Shown piece after piece: positions 29,762-40,050 of a stretch of 64,000 bases of DNA; position 1 is the first letter of the stretch; the number at the start of each line of letters is the position of its first letter. The notes beneath the pieces are model-generated. The model did not search any database. It was given only the letters and a program-made list of their open reading frames with translations, and was not told the origin of the DNA. This stretch comes from an uncultured delta proteobacterium (lineage in GTDB: Bacteria; Desulfobacterota; Syntrophia; Syntrophales; UBA5619): positions 128,001-192,000 of the forward strand of contig CAWFOM010000008.1 of the NCBI GenBank assembly GCA_963817385.1, given 5' to 3'. Both the position numbers and the translations under genes were made by a program.

Positions 29762-31018
29762 TCAAGGTCGAACGGCGCCCTCACCCGAGCGCCCGTTCGG
29801 ACGTTTCTTCACGAGGAAATAGAGCTCTCCTCTCTCCGTCAGGCTTCCTGCAAGCATCTCCGCCTCATCGCCGCTCCCGCAGAAGAGATCGACCCGTCCC
29901 GGCCCCTTGATCACACCGCCCGCATCCTGACTGATGACGAAACGGGAAAAGGGGGTCCAGGATTCCACATTGCCATCCTTGTCGAGTGTCGGTTTCCTCG
30001 CCCGCATAAAGGCCAGCGCCCCGCGCGGAAAGACGGCGGCATCGGTCGCAATGGAGCGGCCCGCCGTCAGGATCGCGCCGAGGGAACCGACAGGCCCTTC
30101 GGTTACTTCACGGAAAAACATAAAACTCTCGTTGTGGCCGAGGATCTCCGAGAGATCCTCCGGGTGTTCCCGGAGATAGCGTTTGATCGACTGGTAGGAA
30201 ATCTCCTGAGGCGAGATCCTTCCCGTGTCCACCAGAAATCGGGACAGGCTCTGGAAGGGGCGCCCATTCTTCAGCGCATAGCCGATCTGCAGGAGCGTAC
30301 CATCCGGAAGCCTGATCTTGCCGGAACCCTGCGTATGGAGGAAAAAGAGGCCGATCCGGTCATCCACCCAGGCGATCTCAAGATTCCGACCCGCAAGTGA
30401 ACCGAGGTCTTCGATCTCGCTCCGGCTGTAGTAGGAAACAAGTTCGCCGTTTTTCACCCGGCCGACCAGTTGTTCATTTTGGTATTTTTCCGCAAATTTG
30501 CCGAGATTGACAACGACGGCATCGTCCGGCGCCTTGTAGACCGGATATCGGTATTTCTCGGTCTTCTTCAGCGAACCCCTCATGATCGGTTCGAAATAGC
30601 CGGTAAACAAAACGGTGTTCTTCCCATCCAAACCGGTCGACTGATAAACGTCGAATGTCTCCCGGATCCGCACCTGCTTGGCTTCGTCGGACTCGTCGCG
30701 CCGGAGGATTTCCCGGAGAGCGAGGAGGGATTCCCGCAATTCCCGAACGGTGACGAACGTATCATCCATCCGGCGAGGGCCGTTACCGGCGGCGCGGCTG
30801 TAATACTGGAGACTCTTTTCCATGGCCTTTTCCAGCGAGGCCAGATCCATGTCATCGGCGAAAACCGGAATTTTGTCCTCGGGAAGCCGGACAAGCGGGG
30901 GAGGCGGTTTCACACTGACCGGCGGCGGTACCGGCCGCGGCGTCGGTATTTTCATCCGGGCAGCGCAACCGGCAAGAAAAAATAGGACCAGCAAAAGGAT
31001 CAGTGCGCGTCTCGCCAT
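29762..31018 (-). CDS. mltA: membrane-bound lytic murein transglycosylase A
   Basis: Lipobox LAGC, FTGYFEP, QGSG, QDAGGVIKGPGRVDLF. Confidence 0.92.
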   Translation of the reverse strand: MARRALILLLVLFFLAGCAARMKIPTPRPVPPPVSVKPPPPLVRLPEDKIPVFADDMDLASLEKAMEKSLQYYSRAAGNGPRRMDDTFVTVRELRESLLALREILRRDESDEAKQVRIRETFDVYQSTGLDGKNTVLFTGYFEPIMRGSLKKTEKYRYPVYKAPDDAVVVNLGKFAEKYQNEQLVGRVKNGELVSYYSRSEIEDLGSLAGRNLEIAWVDDRIGLFFLHTQGSGKIRLPDGTLLQIGYALKNGRPFQSLSRFLVDTGRISPQEISYQSIKRYLREHPEDLSEILGHNESFMFFREVTEGPVGSLGAILTAGRSIATDAAVFPRGALAFMRARKPTLDKDGNVESWTPFSRFVISQDAGGVIKGPGRVDLFCGSGDEAEMLAGSLTERGELYFLVKKRPNGRSGEGAVRP

Positions 31019-31019
31019 C

Positions 31020-31478
31020 TCACAGTTCCAGAATCATGGCGACTTCATCGCAGAAATCGGGGTATTTGGAGCAGCGGAAGCAGTCCGACCAGATCTTCTC
31101 GGGGAGCGTGGAGCGCTCGACATCCCGGAAGCTGAGTTTCCGGAAAAACTCCCGCTTGTAGGTAAGCGTGAAAATCCGGAAGAGCTCCAGCGTGATCGCC
31201 TCCGAGATGCAGGCCTCCACGAGATTGCGCCCGATCCCTTCTTTTCTGTGCTCCTCATCCACATAGAGGGAGCGGATCTCCGCCAGGTTCTCCCAGATGA
31301 TGCTCATCGCGCAGATCCCGAGAATTTCATCCTTCCCGTCATCCTGATAAATGAAGAAATCGCGAAGACTGCCATAGATATCCATCAGCGAACGGGGAAG
31401 CATTTCCCCCCTCCCCGAAGAGATATTGATCAGTCGATGAATGGTCTTGACATCCCCGATACGGGCCTTTCTCAGCAT
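31020..31478 (-). CDS. GNAT N-acetyltransferase (short ArgA-like)
   Basis: MLPRS, AEIRSL, LPEKIWSDCFRC. Confidence 0.85.
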   Translation of the reverse strand: MLRKARIGDVKTIHRLINISSGRGEMLPRSLMDIYGSLRDFFIYQDDGKDEILGICAMSIIWENLAEIRSLYVDEEHRKEGIGRNLVEACISEAITLELFRIFTLTYKREFFRKLSFRDVERSTLPEKIWSDCFRCSKYPDFCDEVAMILEL

Positions 31479-31581
31479 TCCTCACTCCCGGGGCGTACGT
31501 CGCCCTGCCAGATGAACTCCTTGACTTCCTCACGCCGGCCGCCGGGTTAACCCGCTCCGACCCGCCGATCTTGATTGAACA

Positions 31582-33258
31582 TTATCGGCGCCCGGCAGAG
31601 ATCATCTCCCGTGCATGATCCCGCGCCGTTTCCGTAAGCTCAACTCCGCCCAGCATCCGGGCGATCTCCTCCAAACGCTCCTCCTCGGTAAGGATGGCGA
31701 CGGAGGTGTTCGTCCTCTCCCCGGCGACCCGCTTCACCACCCGGTAATGCCGGTCTCCGCAGCAGGCGATCTGCGGGAGATGGGTAATGCAGAGGACCTG
31801 ATGATGCCGGGAAACCTCTCTGAGCTTCTGACCAACGATCTCCGCAGTCGCGCCGCCGATGCCGCTGTCGACCTCGTCAAAGACGATTGTCCCCACCGAA
31901 CCGGTTCGGGCCAGCACCTTCTTCAGGGCGAGCATGATTCGGGAGAGCTCTCCGCCGGAGGCAATCGCCCGAAGCGGCTTGAGCTCCTCGCCCACGTTCG
32001 CCGAGAGATAGAACTCCAGATCATCCGTCCCCTTCTCCGTGAAGGCCGCATCCCCTTCCGGCGGTTCACGGAAGACGACCTCGAAGCGGGAGTTTTCCAT
32101 CCTGAGCGTCCGGATCTCGGTCTCAATCGTCTCCTGCAGGGCTTTGGCCACCTCATGCCGCCGTTCGGAAAGAGTGCGCGCAGCCTCCATCAACTTCTCT
32201 CTTTCGGCGGCAATGGCCTTGGAAATCGTTTCGCTCTCCTCTTCCACCGAGGCGATATTCCGGAGTTCAACTTCCGCTTCGTCCTGTTTTGCGAGGACCG
32301 CCTCAAGCGTTCCCCCGTATTTCCGTTTCAGACGACCCAGAAGTTCCAGCCGCTCTTCGAGGGCCTCCCTGCGGCCCGGGTCGAAGGAAAGATGTTTCGC
32401 ATAGTCGCGAAGGGCAAAGGCGGCCTCCTCGATCCGGTAATAGAGCTCGTCCATCTCCTCGGCGGCAAGCTTGCAGGACGGGTCGATCTTCCGGATCTCC
32501 TTCAGGGCGGAGCCGGCATTGCGGAACTCCGCCAACACGGAGTTGCCCTTCCCGTAGAGGGTCTCATAGGCCGCCTCTGCGAGATCGGTCAGTTTCTGAA
32601 CGTTGGCGAGGATCTTCTTCTCTTCCAACAGCGCAGCATCCTCACCCGCCCGTACGTCTGCCTGTGATATCTCCCCGATCTGAAAACGGAGCAGGTCCTC
32701 GCGCTCCTCCTTTTTTTTCCGGAGCTCCTGAAGCTCACGGAATCTCATATTGAGCGAACGGTACCGGTCATGCGATTCCCGGTACGCCGACCGGAGCGGC
32801 AGGAGTCCGCCGAACTCGTCAAGGATATCCGCGTGATTTTCCGGGTCCAAAATCATCTGGTGCTCGTGCTGCCCGCAGATATTGATCAGCGATTCGCCGA
32901 GCGCCGCGAGCGATGTCAGGGAGACCAGAGCGCCGTTGATGTATACCCGGTTCTTGCCGGATCGCGATACGACCCTGCGGACGATGAGTTCCTCACCGTC
33001 GCCGAATCCGATTTCGCTGATCCTTCTTCTCAACCCGTCCTGTTCCCGGATGGTAAAGAGCGCCTCCACGACCGCCGCATCCTCGAAGGAGCGGATCATG
33101 TCGGCATTCGCCCTCTCGCCTAAAAGAAGGCCCACGGCGCCGATGATGATCGATTTCCCGGCGCCGGTCTCCCCGGAGATGATGTTGAGACCCCCGTCGA
33201 AGGTGACCTTCAATTCATCGATGATGGCAAAATTCCGGATGTTCAGTTCCGTCAGCAT
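31582..33258 (-). CDS. recN: DNA repair protein RecN
   Basis: GETGAGKS, ASGGELSR, FDEVDSGIGG, THLPQIA. Confidence 0.97.
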   Translation of the reverse strand: MLTELNIRNFAIIDELKVTFDGGLNIISGETGAGKSIIIGAVGLLLGERANADMIRSFEDAAVVEALFTIREQDGLRRRISEIGFGDGEELIVRRVVSRSGKNRVYINGALVSLTSLAALGESLINICGQHEHQMILDPENHADILDEFGGLLPLRSAYRESHDRYRSLNMRFRELQELRKKKEEREDLLRFQIGEISQADVRAGEDAALLEEKKILANVQKLTDLAEAAYETLYGKGNSVLAEFRNAGSALKEIRKIDPSCKLAAEEMDELYYRIEEAAFALRDYAKHLSFDPGRREALEERLELLGRLKRKYGGTLEAVLAKQDEAEVELRNIASVEEESETISKAIAAEREKLMEAARTLSERRHEVAKALQETIETEIRTLRMENSRFEVVFREPPEGDAAFTEKGTDDLEFYLSANVGEELKPLRAIASGGELSRIMLALKKVLARTGSVGTIVFDEVDSGIGGATAEIVGQKLREVSRHHQVLCITHLPQIACCGDRHYRVVKRVAGERTNTSVAILTEEERLEEIARMLGGVELTETARDHAREMISAGRR

Positions 33259-34144
33259 CTTGCCTCTTCCTGGCGGCCCCCGTCTGAGAACCGCCCCATC
33301 CCAGTTTCGTTCTCAATATCTCCAGATAGCCCCGGTGGGGGGAGGAGACCAGGGTGGTGATACAGCGCGATTTCCGGATCGTGATGGTATCTCCGGATTT
33401 TACGGTAAACGAAACCTGTCCGTCGAGGGTCACGGTCGCCCCCTCTTCCAGGGTCCACAACGTCACCTTGATCTCCACTCCCTCCGGCAGGATGATGGGC
33501 CGGTTGGTCAGGGTATGGGGACAGATTGGGTTGATGATGATCGAATAGAGTTCGGGAAAAACGATGGGCCCACCCGCCGCTAGTGAATAGGCCGTCGAGC
33601 CGGTCGGCGTCGCGATGATGAGGCCGTCGGCCTTGAAGGTGGTCAAATAACGGTCGTCAACGGTCGTTTCGAGCTCCACGATCCGGGAGAGATTGCCCCG
33701 GTTGATGACGACATCGTTGAGAACCGTTCCATCCCGGTGCGAGTCCTCTCCTCCGTTGATCTCCACATCGAGCATCATTCTCTTTTCGATCTGGAAATCC
33801 CCCGCGAGGATCAACTCCAGGGCGCTGTACATCTCGCCCAGGTTCACCTCGGTCAGATAACCGAATACGCCGAGATTGATCCCCACGATGGGTACATCCC
33901 GGTCCTGGACCAGGCGGGCCGTCCTGAGGATGGTGCCGTCCCCTCCGAACACGACCAGCAGGTCCACCAGCGAACCGAGTTTCCCTCTCTCCACGCCGTG
34001 AGGGGCGCCGATCTTCGCGGCGATCCCCTCCTCCAGATACACCTCGAGCCCGCGGGCCACCATCCAGTCGCGGAGCTGGGCGGTGCAGGCAGGCGATTTT
34101 TCCTTGGCGATATTGGCGATGATTCCTACTTTTTTTATAAGCAT
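33215..34144 (-). CDS. nadK: NAD kinase
   Basis: GGDGT, LNDVV, DGLIIATPTGSTAYSLAAGG. Confidence 0.96.
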   Translation of the reverse strand: MLIKKVGIIANIAKEKSPACTAQLRDWMVARGLEVYLEEGIAAKIGAPHGVERGKLGSLVDLLVVFGGDGTILRTARLVQDRDVPIVGINLGVFGYLTEVNLGEMYSALELILAGDFQIEKRMMLDVEINGGEDSHRDGTVLNDVVINRGNLSRIVELETTVDDRYLTTFKADGLIIATPTGSTAYSLAAGGPIVFPELYSIIINPICPHTLTNRPIILPEGVEIKVTLWTLEEGATVTLDGQVSFTVKSGDTITIRKSRCITTLVSSPHRGYLEILRTKLGWGGSQTGAARKRQDADGTEHPEFCHHR

Positions 34145-34310
34145 CTAAGCACCTTACAGATAATTTGCAGACATCTACTACCATAAATAATTCCGGGTGT
34201 CCATGCGTATCATGCAATCGTGCCGCAAAATGGATGATACTGGAGCCGGCTGCTCCGTCTCGACAAGGGCAGCCGGCCAGGGCTACGTCATGGTTGACAC
34301 TATGTGACTG

Positions 34311-34467
34311 ATTCAGCTGGAAGATGGTTCCTGAGTGAACGTTGTGGAATTCCTGTGGTGCCCGTCTTGGCGAGGGGAAGCGCCCGCGAAGCGGCCAATT
34401 TCGCACTGTCTGAGCCCGAAGGGCGAGTTTGGAAATTGGAGCGCACGGGATCATCTTTCAGCCGAAT
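34311..34467. repeat. structured intergenic element (MITE/REP-like or ncRNA)
   Basis: Imperfect terminal inverted repeat ATTCAGCTGGAAGATGGTTCC / GGGATCATCTTTCAGCCGAAT enclosing nested hairpins. Confidence 0.5.
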
Positions 34468-34551
34468 TTAACGGGACTTTGGGCAGCCAGCCATATACCT
34501 TGACAGTTCCCGGTACATTGGGTTAGTGTCGCCCCTTCCAAGGAGGCTCAC

Positions 34552-35148
34552 ATGGGTATACGAAAAGGAACTCTCTCATTCGCACGGTATCGTCTGATCG
34601 GCAACCTGCCCGACCATTTTCCCGATTTCTTCAATGAACGGATCCGGAAGAACGCTTTTGAGACGGTCTGGCGCACCGCGGATGAAAAGGCGACGGGCTG
34701 GACCGGACTGGAAGATCCCCTGGATACGGATTTCCCGTATGCCTCCTACGCCCAGGGACGCTACCTGCTCTTTTCGCTCCGCATCGACCGGAAGTCGATC
34801 GCGCCGGCCCTGCTCAGGCTCCGGATCATGGAGGCCGAGAGGAAGAAGCTTTTGGAAACCGGCCAGAAAAAGCTCTACCGGGAGCAGCGGGAGGCGATCC
34901 GGGAGGCGATGCGCCTCGAACTTCTCGGGAGGACCCTGCCCATCCCCTCTTTTTTCGAAATCTGCTGGTCCGTAACCGACAATACGCTGATCTTCTGTTC
35001 TCTCTCCGACAAGGTGTTTGAAGAGCTCCGGGAGCTCTTCCGGGACTCCTTTGGGCTCACGCTCAGCCCTCATGTGCCCTGGGATGCCGCAAGCGCCGAC
35101 GGCAGGCCAGACCGCCGCAGAGCGGCCAAGGCGACCCGGCGCCGTTGA
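34552..35148 (+). CDS. RdgC-like protein, N-terminal part
   Basis: MG..KG.LSF.RY, GW, FSLRIDRK.I pattern; AAGGAGG RBS. Confidence 0.65.
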   Translation: MGIRKGTLSFARYRLIGNLPDHFPDFFNERIRKNAFETVWRTADEKATGWTGLEDPLDTDFPYASYAQGRYLLFSLRIDRKSIAPALLRLRIMEAERKKLLETGQKKLYREQREAIREAMRLELLGRTLPIPSFFEICWSVTDNTLIFCSLSDKVFEELRELFRDSFGLTLSPHVPWDAASADGRPDRRRAAKATRRR

Positions 35149-35666
35149 TGCCGCCCGGTATCGATCCCCTGACCATCGGCCGGGAATTCCTCACCTGGCT
35201 CTGGTTCAAGAGCGAGGAGAGAAACGGGACGGTCCTGATCCCCGGTGCGGGCGAAAGCGAGGTCGTTTTCATCAGGCGCCTGGTCCTTGAATCGGGAGAC
35301 GGAGAGTACGCCGAAACCGTCGTCTGTCAGGGAATGCACGCCGATCTGAAAGAGGGCAAGGAGGCCCTGCGGCAGGGAAAGAAGATCACGGCGGCGCGTC
35401 TCCGCGTCGCCCACGACAAGACGGAATGGGAATTCACCTTCAAGGCGGACCGGTTCCACTTCCAGTCCATGAAGCTGCCGACGCTTCCGGAAAACGACGG
35501 GGAAGAGGTCGACCGCGAGGGGCAGCTCCTCGAGCGGGTCTACCTGATCGAGAAGGCCGCGGGACTGATGGATCTGCTCTTCCAACTCTTCCTCAAAATC
35601 AGGCTCTCGGGGGATTGGGGAACGGAACAGACCCGCATGCAGAAATGGATCTCCCCGGCCATCTGA
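35145..35666 (+). CDS. RdgC-like protein, C-terminal part
   Basis: IGREFLTWLW, EGKEALRQGKK, LLER motifs. Confidence 0.6.
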   Translation: MMPPGIDPLTIGREFLTWLWFKSEERNGTVLIPGAGESEVVFIRRLVLESGDGEYAETVVCQGMHADLKEGKEALRQGKKITAARLRVAHDKTEWEFTFKADRFHFQSMKLPTLPENDGEEVDREGQLLERVYLIEKAAGLMDLLFQLFLKIRLSGDWGTEQTRMQKWISPAI

Positions 35667-35739
35667 TCCGCCGGCACGCCATGGCGGCGGCGGGGCCGAG
35701 ACGCTCCCGGCATCGTCCGAATCCCGTTCCCCTGCTTCC

Positions 35740-36712
35740 CTAAGAAGCATACACGCCGGCTGCCAAGGCCCCCGAGCAGGAGGATCCCGATCCCGCCGTG
35801 CAGCCGAAACAGTGGAGGCCCGTCACAATCGCGCCGTTTGTCGAGCCGGGCGGGATCGAACGCCTCGATCCGCCGGGGTGCGCCGTGGTTGACCGCCCTG
35901 CTCAGGGCCAGGTTGAAATCGCAGTCATAGAGGGTCCCGTCCCAGTCGACGCTGATCTGGCGGCGGCACATGAGGTGCGGCAGCGTGGCCGGATTGAAGG
36001 CTTCCCGGAGGGTCTTGAGGTACGCATCCAGTTCGCCCTCGGCTTCCAGGCGCCGCCGGAACCGGCCGAGCGGCATGTTCGCCAGGACGATCAGGCGGCT
36101 GAAGGAAATGCCGAAACGGCTTTTGAGCTCCTCCCGGTAGATCCTTTCCAGCTCCGGCTGTGACGGAGGGAGCGATGCATCGCCGGGGTTGTATACCAGG
36201 ATCAGCGTCACCCCCCCTTCGACGCCGAAGCCCGCCCCGTTCAAAAGGCGGATTGCCGCGATACTCTTTTCGTACACCCCTTCGCCCCGCTGGGCGGCGA
36301 CATTCTCCTTCAGGTAGCAGGGAAGCGAACCGACCATGGCCACACGGCGGGCGCGGAGAAGGGGGATCATCTCCGCCATGGACGGCGCCAGCAGGGTCGT
36401 CAGGTTGGTCCGAACCTGAAGGTGATGGCCCTGGGAGGAGAGCTCCTCCAGAAAAAAACGGAACCGGGGGTGGAGTTCGGGTGCACCGCCGGTGATATCG
36501 ATCAGCCGGAAAGCGCTCCTTCCGGTCAGCGCGAGAAGATCCGTCATCACGTCCTCCGGCATCTGTTCCTGCCGCAGGGGGGAACACTCCAGATGGCAGT
36601 GGTTGCAGGCGAGGTTGCATGTCCGCCCCAGGTTGACCTGGAGGGTGCTGATCCCCTCGCTGAGGAGCCCCTCCGGAAGGACGGACCTGACCGTCATGTC
36701 AAATTCATTCAT
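35740..36712 (-). CDS. radical SAM protein, ArsS/DUF3641 family, frameshift near 35830
   Basis: LQVNLG..CNLACNHCH, DITGGAPE, SLPCY, LMCR, YDCDFN; shifted frame restores IVTGLHCFGCTAGSGSSCSGAL. Confidence 0.85.
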
Positions 36713-37414
36713 TTTCCCGATGCCTTCTCCCGATCACTGGCAGTATGTTCATCCTGTGCACCGGCGCCGATCTTGCGGAAACGGGGTTTCAGGACCATGA
36801 CCAGCAGCAGGGCAACGGCGGCGACGGCAATCCCCAGAAGGAGGCCCCGGATATTCCCCTGCAGGACGAGGGCACTTAAGCGAACTGCCGAAGGCAACAA
36901 AGGCGATGCACGCCGGCAACATGAAAACGAACGTGCTCCAGAGGTAATGTCCGAAGGGAATGGGGGTGAGTCCGAAGAGGTAATTAACGACGTTGAAGGG
37001 AAAGACAGGAATCAGCCGCACAAAGGCGACAGCCCGCCAGCCGTGCTTTGCAACGTTCTCTTCCAGCCATCGCCACCTCGAGGCGGCGACCCTCTTGCGA
37101 ACCATGTCGCCGAGGAGGTAGCGCGCCAGGAAGAAGGAGAGGGATGCCCCGGCGGTCGCTCCGGTGATGGCAAAGACGACTCCCCAGACGGGCCCCCAGA
37201 GGAAGCCCGCCGCCAGGCTCAGGGGTATGCCGGGGAGAAGCACCGCCGGCGCGAGGGTATAGATGAGCATGAAGATAAGCGGGGCCGCCACCGGGTATGC
37301 CTTGAGCAGGGTCAGGAGCGCGTCCGTGGTAAAGAGTCCCTGCTGCCGGAGGGCCAGCCCTGCTCCGATGAGGATCAAGACAATGAAGCCGACCGCGAAT
37401 TTGCCTTTTTTCAT
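36709..37414 (-). CDS. TVP38/TMEM64 (DedA superfamily) membrane protein, frameshift near 36878
   Basis: LPG..LSLAAG.LWG, FFLARY, RLIPVFPFNVVNY. Confidence 0.88.
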
Positions 37415-37549
37415 ATGCAACCCCAGCGCAAGCAACTCCCCGGTTCAACCACTGCCTCGGGGGATTGATCGTTACCGGCTACCGCTGAGAGCCTCTCATA
37501 CTGATTCCGTACTGATTCCGGGGGAGAATTTCCCGATCATGCACAATGC

Positions 37550-38800
37550 TCAGATGCAAATCCGTTTTCTTTCCCGTTCGATCATGGCGGCAAACCGTAT
37601 CATCCCTTCTTCGACTTCTTCGGGGGCGATCATGCTGAAACTGGCCCGCATACAGTTCTTCAGGCCGCTGCCCGTCGAAAAGGCGCTCCCGGGAATCAGA
37701 AGAACGCCCAGTTCCATGCCGTCCGTCTCCATCATGCGTCCCGCATCAAAGCTTTCGGGCATTTCAAACCAGATGAACATGCCTTCGGCCGGGATTGCAT
37801 AGCGGATGTCGGCAGGGAGGTGTCTGCGGGCAGCCGCCAGGACGGCATCACGGTTCCGCCGGTAGATGCCGCAGTTCTCCCGGATCAACGCGCGGAATTC
37901 TTCATGGGTATGGGTGGCAAAGAAGCCGCTCAGGAGCGATTGGTCCATGGCGCTCGTATGCAGGTTGGATCCCTGCTTGTAGAGCTGGAAATAACCGATG
38001 ATCTCGGCGGGGCCGGAGGCGTATCCGAGACGCAATCCCGGGGCGAATATCTTGGAAAAACTGTCCAGCCGGACAACCCGATCCTCGCGGTCCATGGATT
38101 GCAGCGTGGGAATCGGATCCCGATCCTCGAGCTGGACAAGCTGATAGGGGTCATCCTCCAGGATCAGCAGATCATAGCGTGCGGCAATCTGCAAGAGATG
38201 CCTGCGGCGTTCCAGTGAGAGGGAGACGCCGGCCGGATTGTGGCCGTTGGGAACCTCGTAAATGAATTTCGGCAGACGTTCTCCCGCCGCTTTTCTCTTC
38301 GCGAGGAGCTTTTCCAGCTCGGTCGTGATCATCCCCTGCGCGTCAAGGGGAACCGGGATGAACCGCTCCGTAAAGGCGCGAAAGGCGCCCAGCGCTCCGG
38401 GATAAACCGGTTCCGACAGGGCGACGCAGTCATCCGCATCCAGGAAGAGATAGGCCATGGTGTGCAGCCCCTCCTGTGCGCCGTTGAGCACCTGGATCTG
38501 ATCCCCCTTCAATTCCACGCCGTCTTTGGCGGCATGCCACTTGATGAGATGGGGTTTCAGCTCGGCATTGGCGTCGGTCGGACCGTACTGGCAGGCGAGA
38601 TCCATGGATTTATCCCTGATGGTAAATTGCCGGCCGCTTTTGAAAACCACGTCGAGCGATGAAATGGCGAACGTGTGCGCATTCGGGTAGCCGCCTCCCA
38701 GAGAGATCATGCCGGGCATTCGCATGAGCGGGTTCAGCTTGCGGATCGGAGACGGCTTCATCCCCCTCGTCCGCTTTGCCAGTAACGGTTGGATATTCAT
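37550..38800 (-). CDS. PLP-dependent aminotransferase class I (LysN/ARO8-like)
   Basis: ISLGGGYP, QYG, HNPAG, EDDPY, SFSKIFAPGLRLG. Confidence 0.9.
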   Translation of the reverse strand: MNIQPLLAKRTRGMKPSPIRKLNPLMRMPGMISLGGGYPNAHTFAISSLDVVFKSGRQFTIRDKSMDLACQYGPTDANAELKPHLIKWHAAKDGVELKGDQIQVLNGAQEGLHTMAYLFLDADDCVALSEPVYPGALGAFRAFTERFIPVPLDAQGMITTELEKLLAKRKAAGERLPKFIYEVPNGHNPAGVSLSLERRRHLLQIAARYDLLILEDDPYQLVQLEDRDPIPTLQSMDREDRVVRLDSFSKIFAPGLRLGYASGPAEIIGYFQLYKQGSNLHTSAMDQSLLSGFFATHTHEEFRALIRENCGIYRRNRDAVLAAARRHLPADIRYAIPAEGMFIWFEMPESFDAGRMMETDGMELGVLLIPGSAFSTGSGLKNCMRASFSMIAPEEVEEGMIRFAAMIERERKRICI

Positions 38801-38968
38801 GAAATCCTCCTTGGCATCAGGTGATAAATGGACACATTAACAAAGCGTTTTCTCACTACACGTTCTGCAAACTTAACACAACTCCTTTTCCCGATAAACC
38901 TCGAACATGGGCAACCGGCAACGAGAAAAGGCGGATGATCCTTCCGATACGACCCGGGGAGAAACTTC

Positions 38969-38997
38969 TTGACATACAAAACCGGTCTTCGTATCCT
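38969..38997 (+). promoter_or_regulatory. sigma70 promoter
   Basis: TTGACA-17 nt-TATCCT. Confidence 0.65.
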
Positions 38998-39151
38998 CTT
39001 TCAGCGCAAAAGAACGTTCTTATCGTGCTGACTGCGGTTCGCTTCCCGGCATGTGACAGCAAGAGAAACATTACCACGTATCACCGGATGAAGCAGCAGT
39101 CTTTTTACTGAGAGACGCCATTGCGAACGCAGAGCGTAAGGAGGAAAGACC

Positions 39152-39626
39152 ATGGGTGAAGGCGATAGCTGCTATACGTTCGACGCGGCCATGGAACTGG
39201 CCATTAAGATGGAGGAAGTGTCTTTCCGTCACTATCTGGAGGCGATCCGCATGGTAAAAAACAAAAATGCCCGGGAGATTCTCCGGGGTTTCGCGATCGA
39301 TGAGCTGGAACATAAACACAGCATAGAACGGGCTCTGCTGGACGGACGCATGGGTGATGAACGGGACATGAAACGTCCCGTCACCACGATGGGCCTGGAT
39401 TACGTGCTGGAAAAAAAGGTGCTGCGTCCCGATTCCGATATCCGGGAAGTCATGGCATACGCGATTCACCTGGAGAAGGAGGCCGTTGATTTTTATCGCC
39501 GGATGTCCGAGGGATGTGCAGGAGCGCCCATGGCCGGCATCTTCACAGATGCTTCTGGTTGATGAACATCGTCACATACAGGCCATAGAAGAGCTGTATG
39601 AGGCCAATTTCCTCACCGATAATTAA
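39152..39626 (+). CDS. rubrerythrin/ferritin-like diiron protein, frameshift near 39546
   Basis: AIKMEE..Y, DELEH, AIHLEK..FY; shifted frame gives QMLLVDEHRHIQAIEELYE...DN-stop. Confidence 0.85.
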
Positions 39627-39689
39627 GCCAATCTCACCCTTTCGGGATCAGGTATTGCCGGAACCATTGAGCGGCAACCTCAAGTTCTT

Positions 39690-39850
39690 CGACAGAAAAA
39701 TGTCGAGGCGAACCCAGTTGCACACTCGCCGAACACCGACCTCGGCGAAGCCGAGGACGACGGCATTCGGATCATGTGCGTAATCCTGCAGCTTATCGGC
39801 AAGGTGTTGGCCGGCCATTGATCGGTCTTTGAAGCGGACATGCTTTCGTC
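39690..39850 (-). pseudogene. phosphoribosyltransferase-like N-terminal fragment
   Basis: RFKDRSMAGQHLADKL..Y...NAVVLG, then similarity is lost. Confidence 0.5.
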
Positions 39851-39939
39851 TCCTCATCGTCTCGATGTATTCATTGAAGCCCCCTGCGGCATGCCGCGGA
39901 GGATCAACGCGGTCCGTGATAAGCAGTTGCGGTCTTACG

Positions 39940-40050
39940 GGGGAATATCGTATTGAAGAATCTTTTGAGTTCTTCCCACGATTGCTTGTCCGCTTCAGCA
40001 TTGTATCCAAGCGGCAATTTGAATTTTTTGGCATACCGGTCGGCATATTG
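39940..40050 (-). pseudogene. dienelactone hydrolase-like C-terminal fragment
   Basis: ADRYAKKFKLPLGYNAEADKQSWEELKRFFNTIF with no matching N-terminus. Confidence 0.55.

Noticed and set aside
34290..34535. 6S RNA
   Set aside because: The 6S-like ATACCTTGA is better explained as the -35 box (TTGACA at 34500) of the downstream gene, and the usual 6S gene context is absent
39540..39565. Sec readthrough at the rubrerythrin TGA
   Set aside because: The conserved ExxH motif continues in a different frame, so an indel explains it
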